Below are positions 35,250-36,494 of a DNA stretch of 36,494 nucleotides, one piece after another. Location: NCBI GenBank assembly GCA_964016885.1, contig CAXHJY010000679.1:1-36494 (forward strand). The letters run 5' to 3'. The position numbers and the translations under genes are program-made. The stretch's first letter is position 1. Each line of letters opens with the position of its first letter. A model generated the notes under the pieces. It ran no database searches and had not been told where the DNA came from. It worked only from the letters and a program-made list of their open reading frames with translations. The stretch comes from Eledone cirrhosa. Taxonomy: Eukaryota.

Positions 35250-36130
35250 ATCATCATCGTTCTTAACACTTTCAAACGAGCGAGCCAAAGCCAATGGCGA
35301 AAGGTCCGATTGGTCATTTCTTCTCCGTCAACATTTCAACACCGTTTTTAGAATTATTTCTGTTCCTATCAAGGCTGTTTTCTACTACAATCCCGTCCCG
35401 ATGGTAATTCCTAGCTTATCAAGTCATGTATATTTAATCTTTTACTATCTGCTCTCTGTGCGACAGCCACAATGGGTACCACTTCTACAGGTCTGATTCT
35501 CCATAGTTTCATGATTTCCCTTTCCAGTTTCTAGTATTTCTAACTTTCTCATTTTCCTTCTCACCCATCCTGTTGTCCCACGGTGAACCAATACCAACAA
35601 TACTTGCTTTGTTATTCTCCTTTTCTACGACAACAATGTCAGGCTTTCTAGCTACGATTAAATGTCGCATTGGATGGTCATGTCCCACAAGATCTTTTCA
35701 GTTTGTTTTCAGCAATCCTTTCCGGTTAAAGCTTATACCATTTTCCCCTTCTGGTAATATCATGCTTATGACAGAGCTTCCAATGAACCAGCCTAGCAAT
35801 ATTTTCGTGCCTTTTCTTGTAATCTTTCTGAGCTAACCTCTGACGTTCATCAATAATGTGGTTTATTGTCTCACCTTTCTTATCACACAGCCTACAAAGT
35901 GAGGAACTCACTGACGCATTTCACCAACTAATTGACCACACATTTTTTTCTTCCATCTATTCAATGTGTCATTCTGTCTGTCTTGTTTAAATTCCCCCTT
36001 ATCCTTTGCTGCATCACTTTTAGGATATTTTTTTCGCCGAACTGTAAAGATTCTCTCTTCAGTCATTTCAGTAGCGTCCACCAAGCAACCTCTTTCGTCA
36101 TAGTCACCACAGAGCAAAACTGCATACCCT
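35250..36130 (-). mobile_element. Decayed RLE-type (R4/Dong-like) LINE 3' part
   Basis: CRLCDKKGETINHII..YKKRHENIARLVHWKLC (knuckle + RH motif), downstream KPDIVVV and VEVVPIVAV remnants; 3' end at (TAA/TGA)n. Confidence 0.8.
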
Positions 36131-36278
36131 TCTCTTACAAAATAAGGTGGCGGTGCGATCGTAACGACGGAGCCGTATCTTCGACAACATCAAGGTGACA
36201 TCGTCTGTATGTGCTGACACATCCCTTCCACCTCTCCATTCCAGAAGTTTGCTGTATTTGGCGAGGTGACCGTGTTTG

Positions 36279-36494
36279 AGAAGAAGAAGAAGAAGAAGAA
36301 GAAGAAGAAGAAGAAGAAGAAGAAGAAGAAGAAGAAGAAGAAGAAGAAGAAGAAGAAGAAGAAGAAGAAGAAGGAGGAGGAGAATGAGGAGGAGAATGAG
36401 GAGGAGGATGAGGATGAGGAGGATGAGGATGAGGATGAGGAGGAGGATGAGGATGAGAAGGATGAGGATGAGGATGATGATGATGATGATGATG
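36279..36494. repeat. (GAA)n to (GAG/GAT)n compound microsatellite
   Basis: Direct reading. Confidence 0.95.

Overview
Eukaryotic, AT-rich, microsatellite-saturated DNA with no intact protein-coding gene recognisable; the SINE and repeat content suggests an octopus/cephalopod genome (inference). It holds decayed non-LTR retrotransposons (three RLE-type R4/Dong-like pieces, a long RTE-like APE+RT relic and an RTE 3' end), tRNA-derived SINEs, a ~4 kb GGT-rich block with a 33-bp minisatellite, and one 5'-truncated Penelope-like element (PLE: RT + GIY-YIG, frameshifted, ~22075-25765). The main signal is not visible in the ORF track. About a dozen minimal type I hammerhead ribozyme (HHR) motifs (stem I - CTGANGA - stem II - GAAA - short palindrome - TH - stem I') sit mostly in short non-coding elements lodged in or beside (TA)n tracts. 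Several of these elements have an inverted duplicate of their end plus an unpaired tail. One HHR terminates the PLE itself, linking the small elements to PLE mobility. Stem III palindromes differ between families but stay self-complementary, and almost all intact cores are on the + strand. Most listed ORFs are microsatellite artefacts. All coordinates were read by eye and may be off by a few bases.
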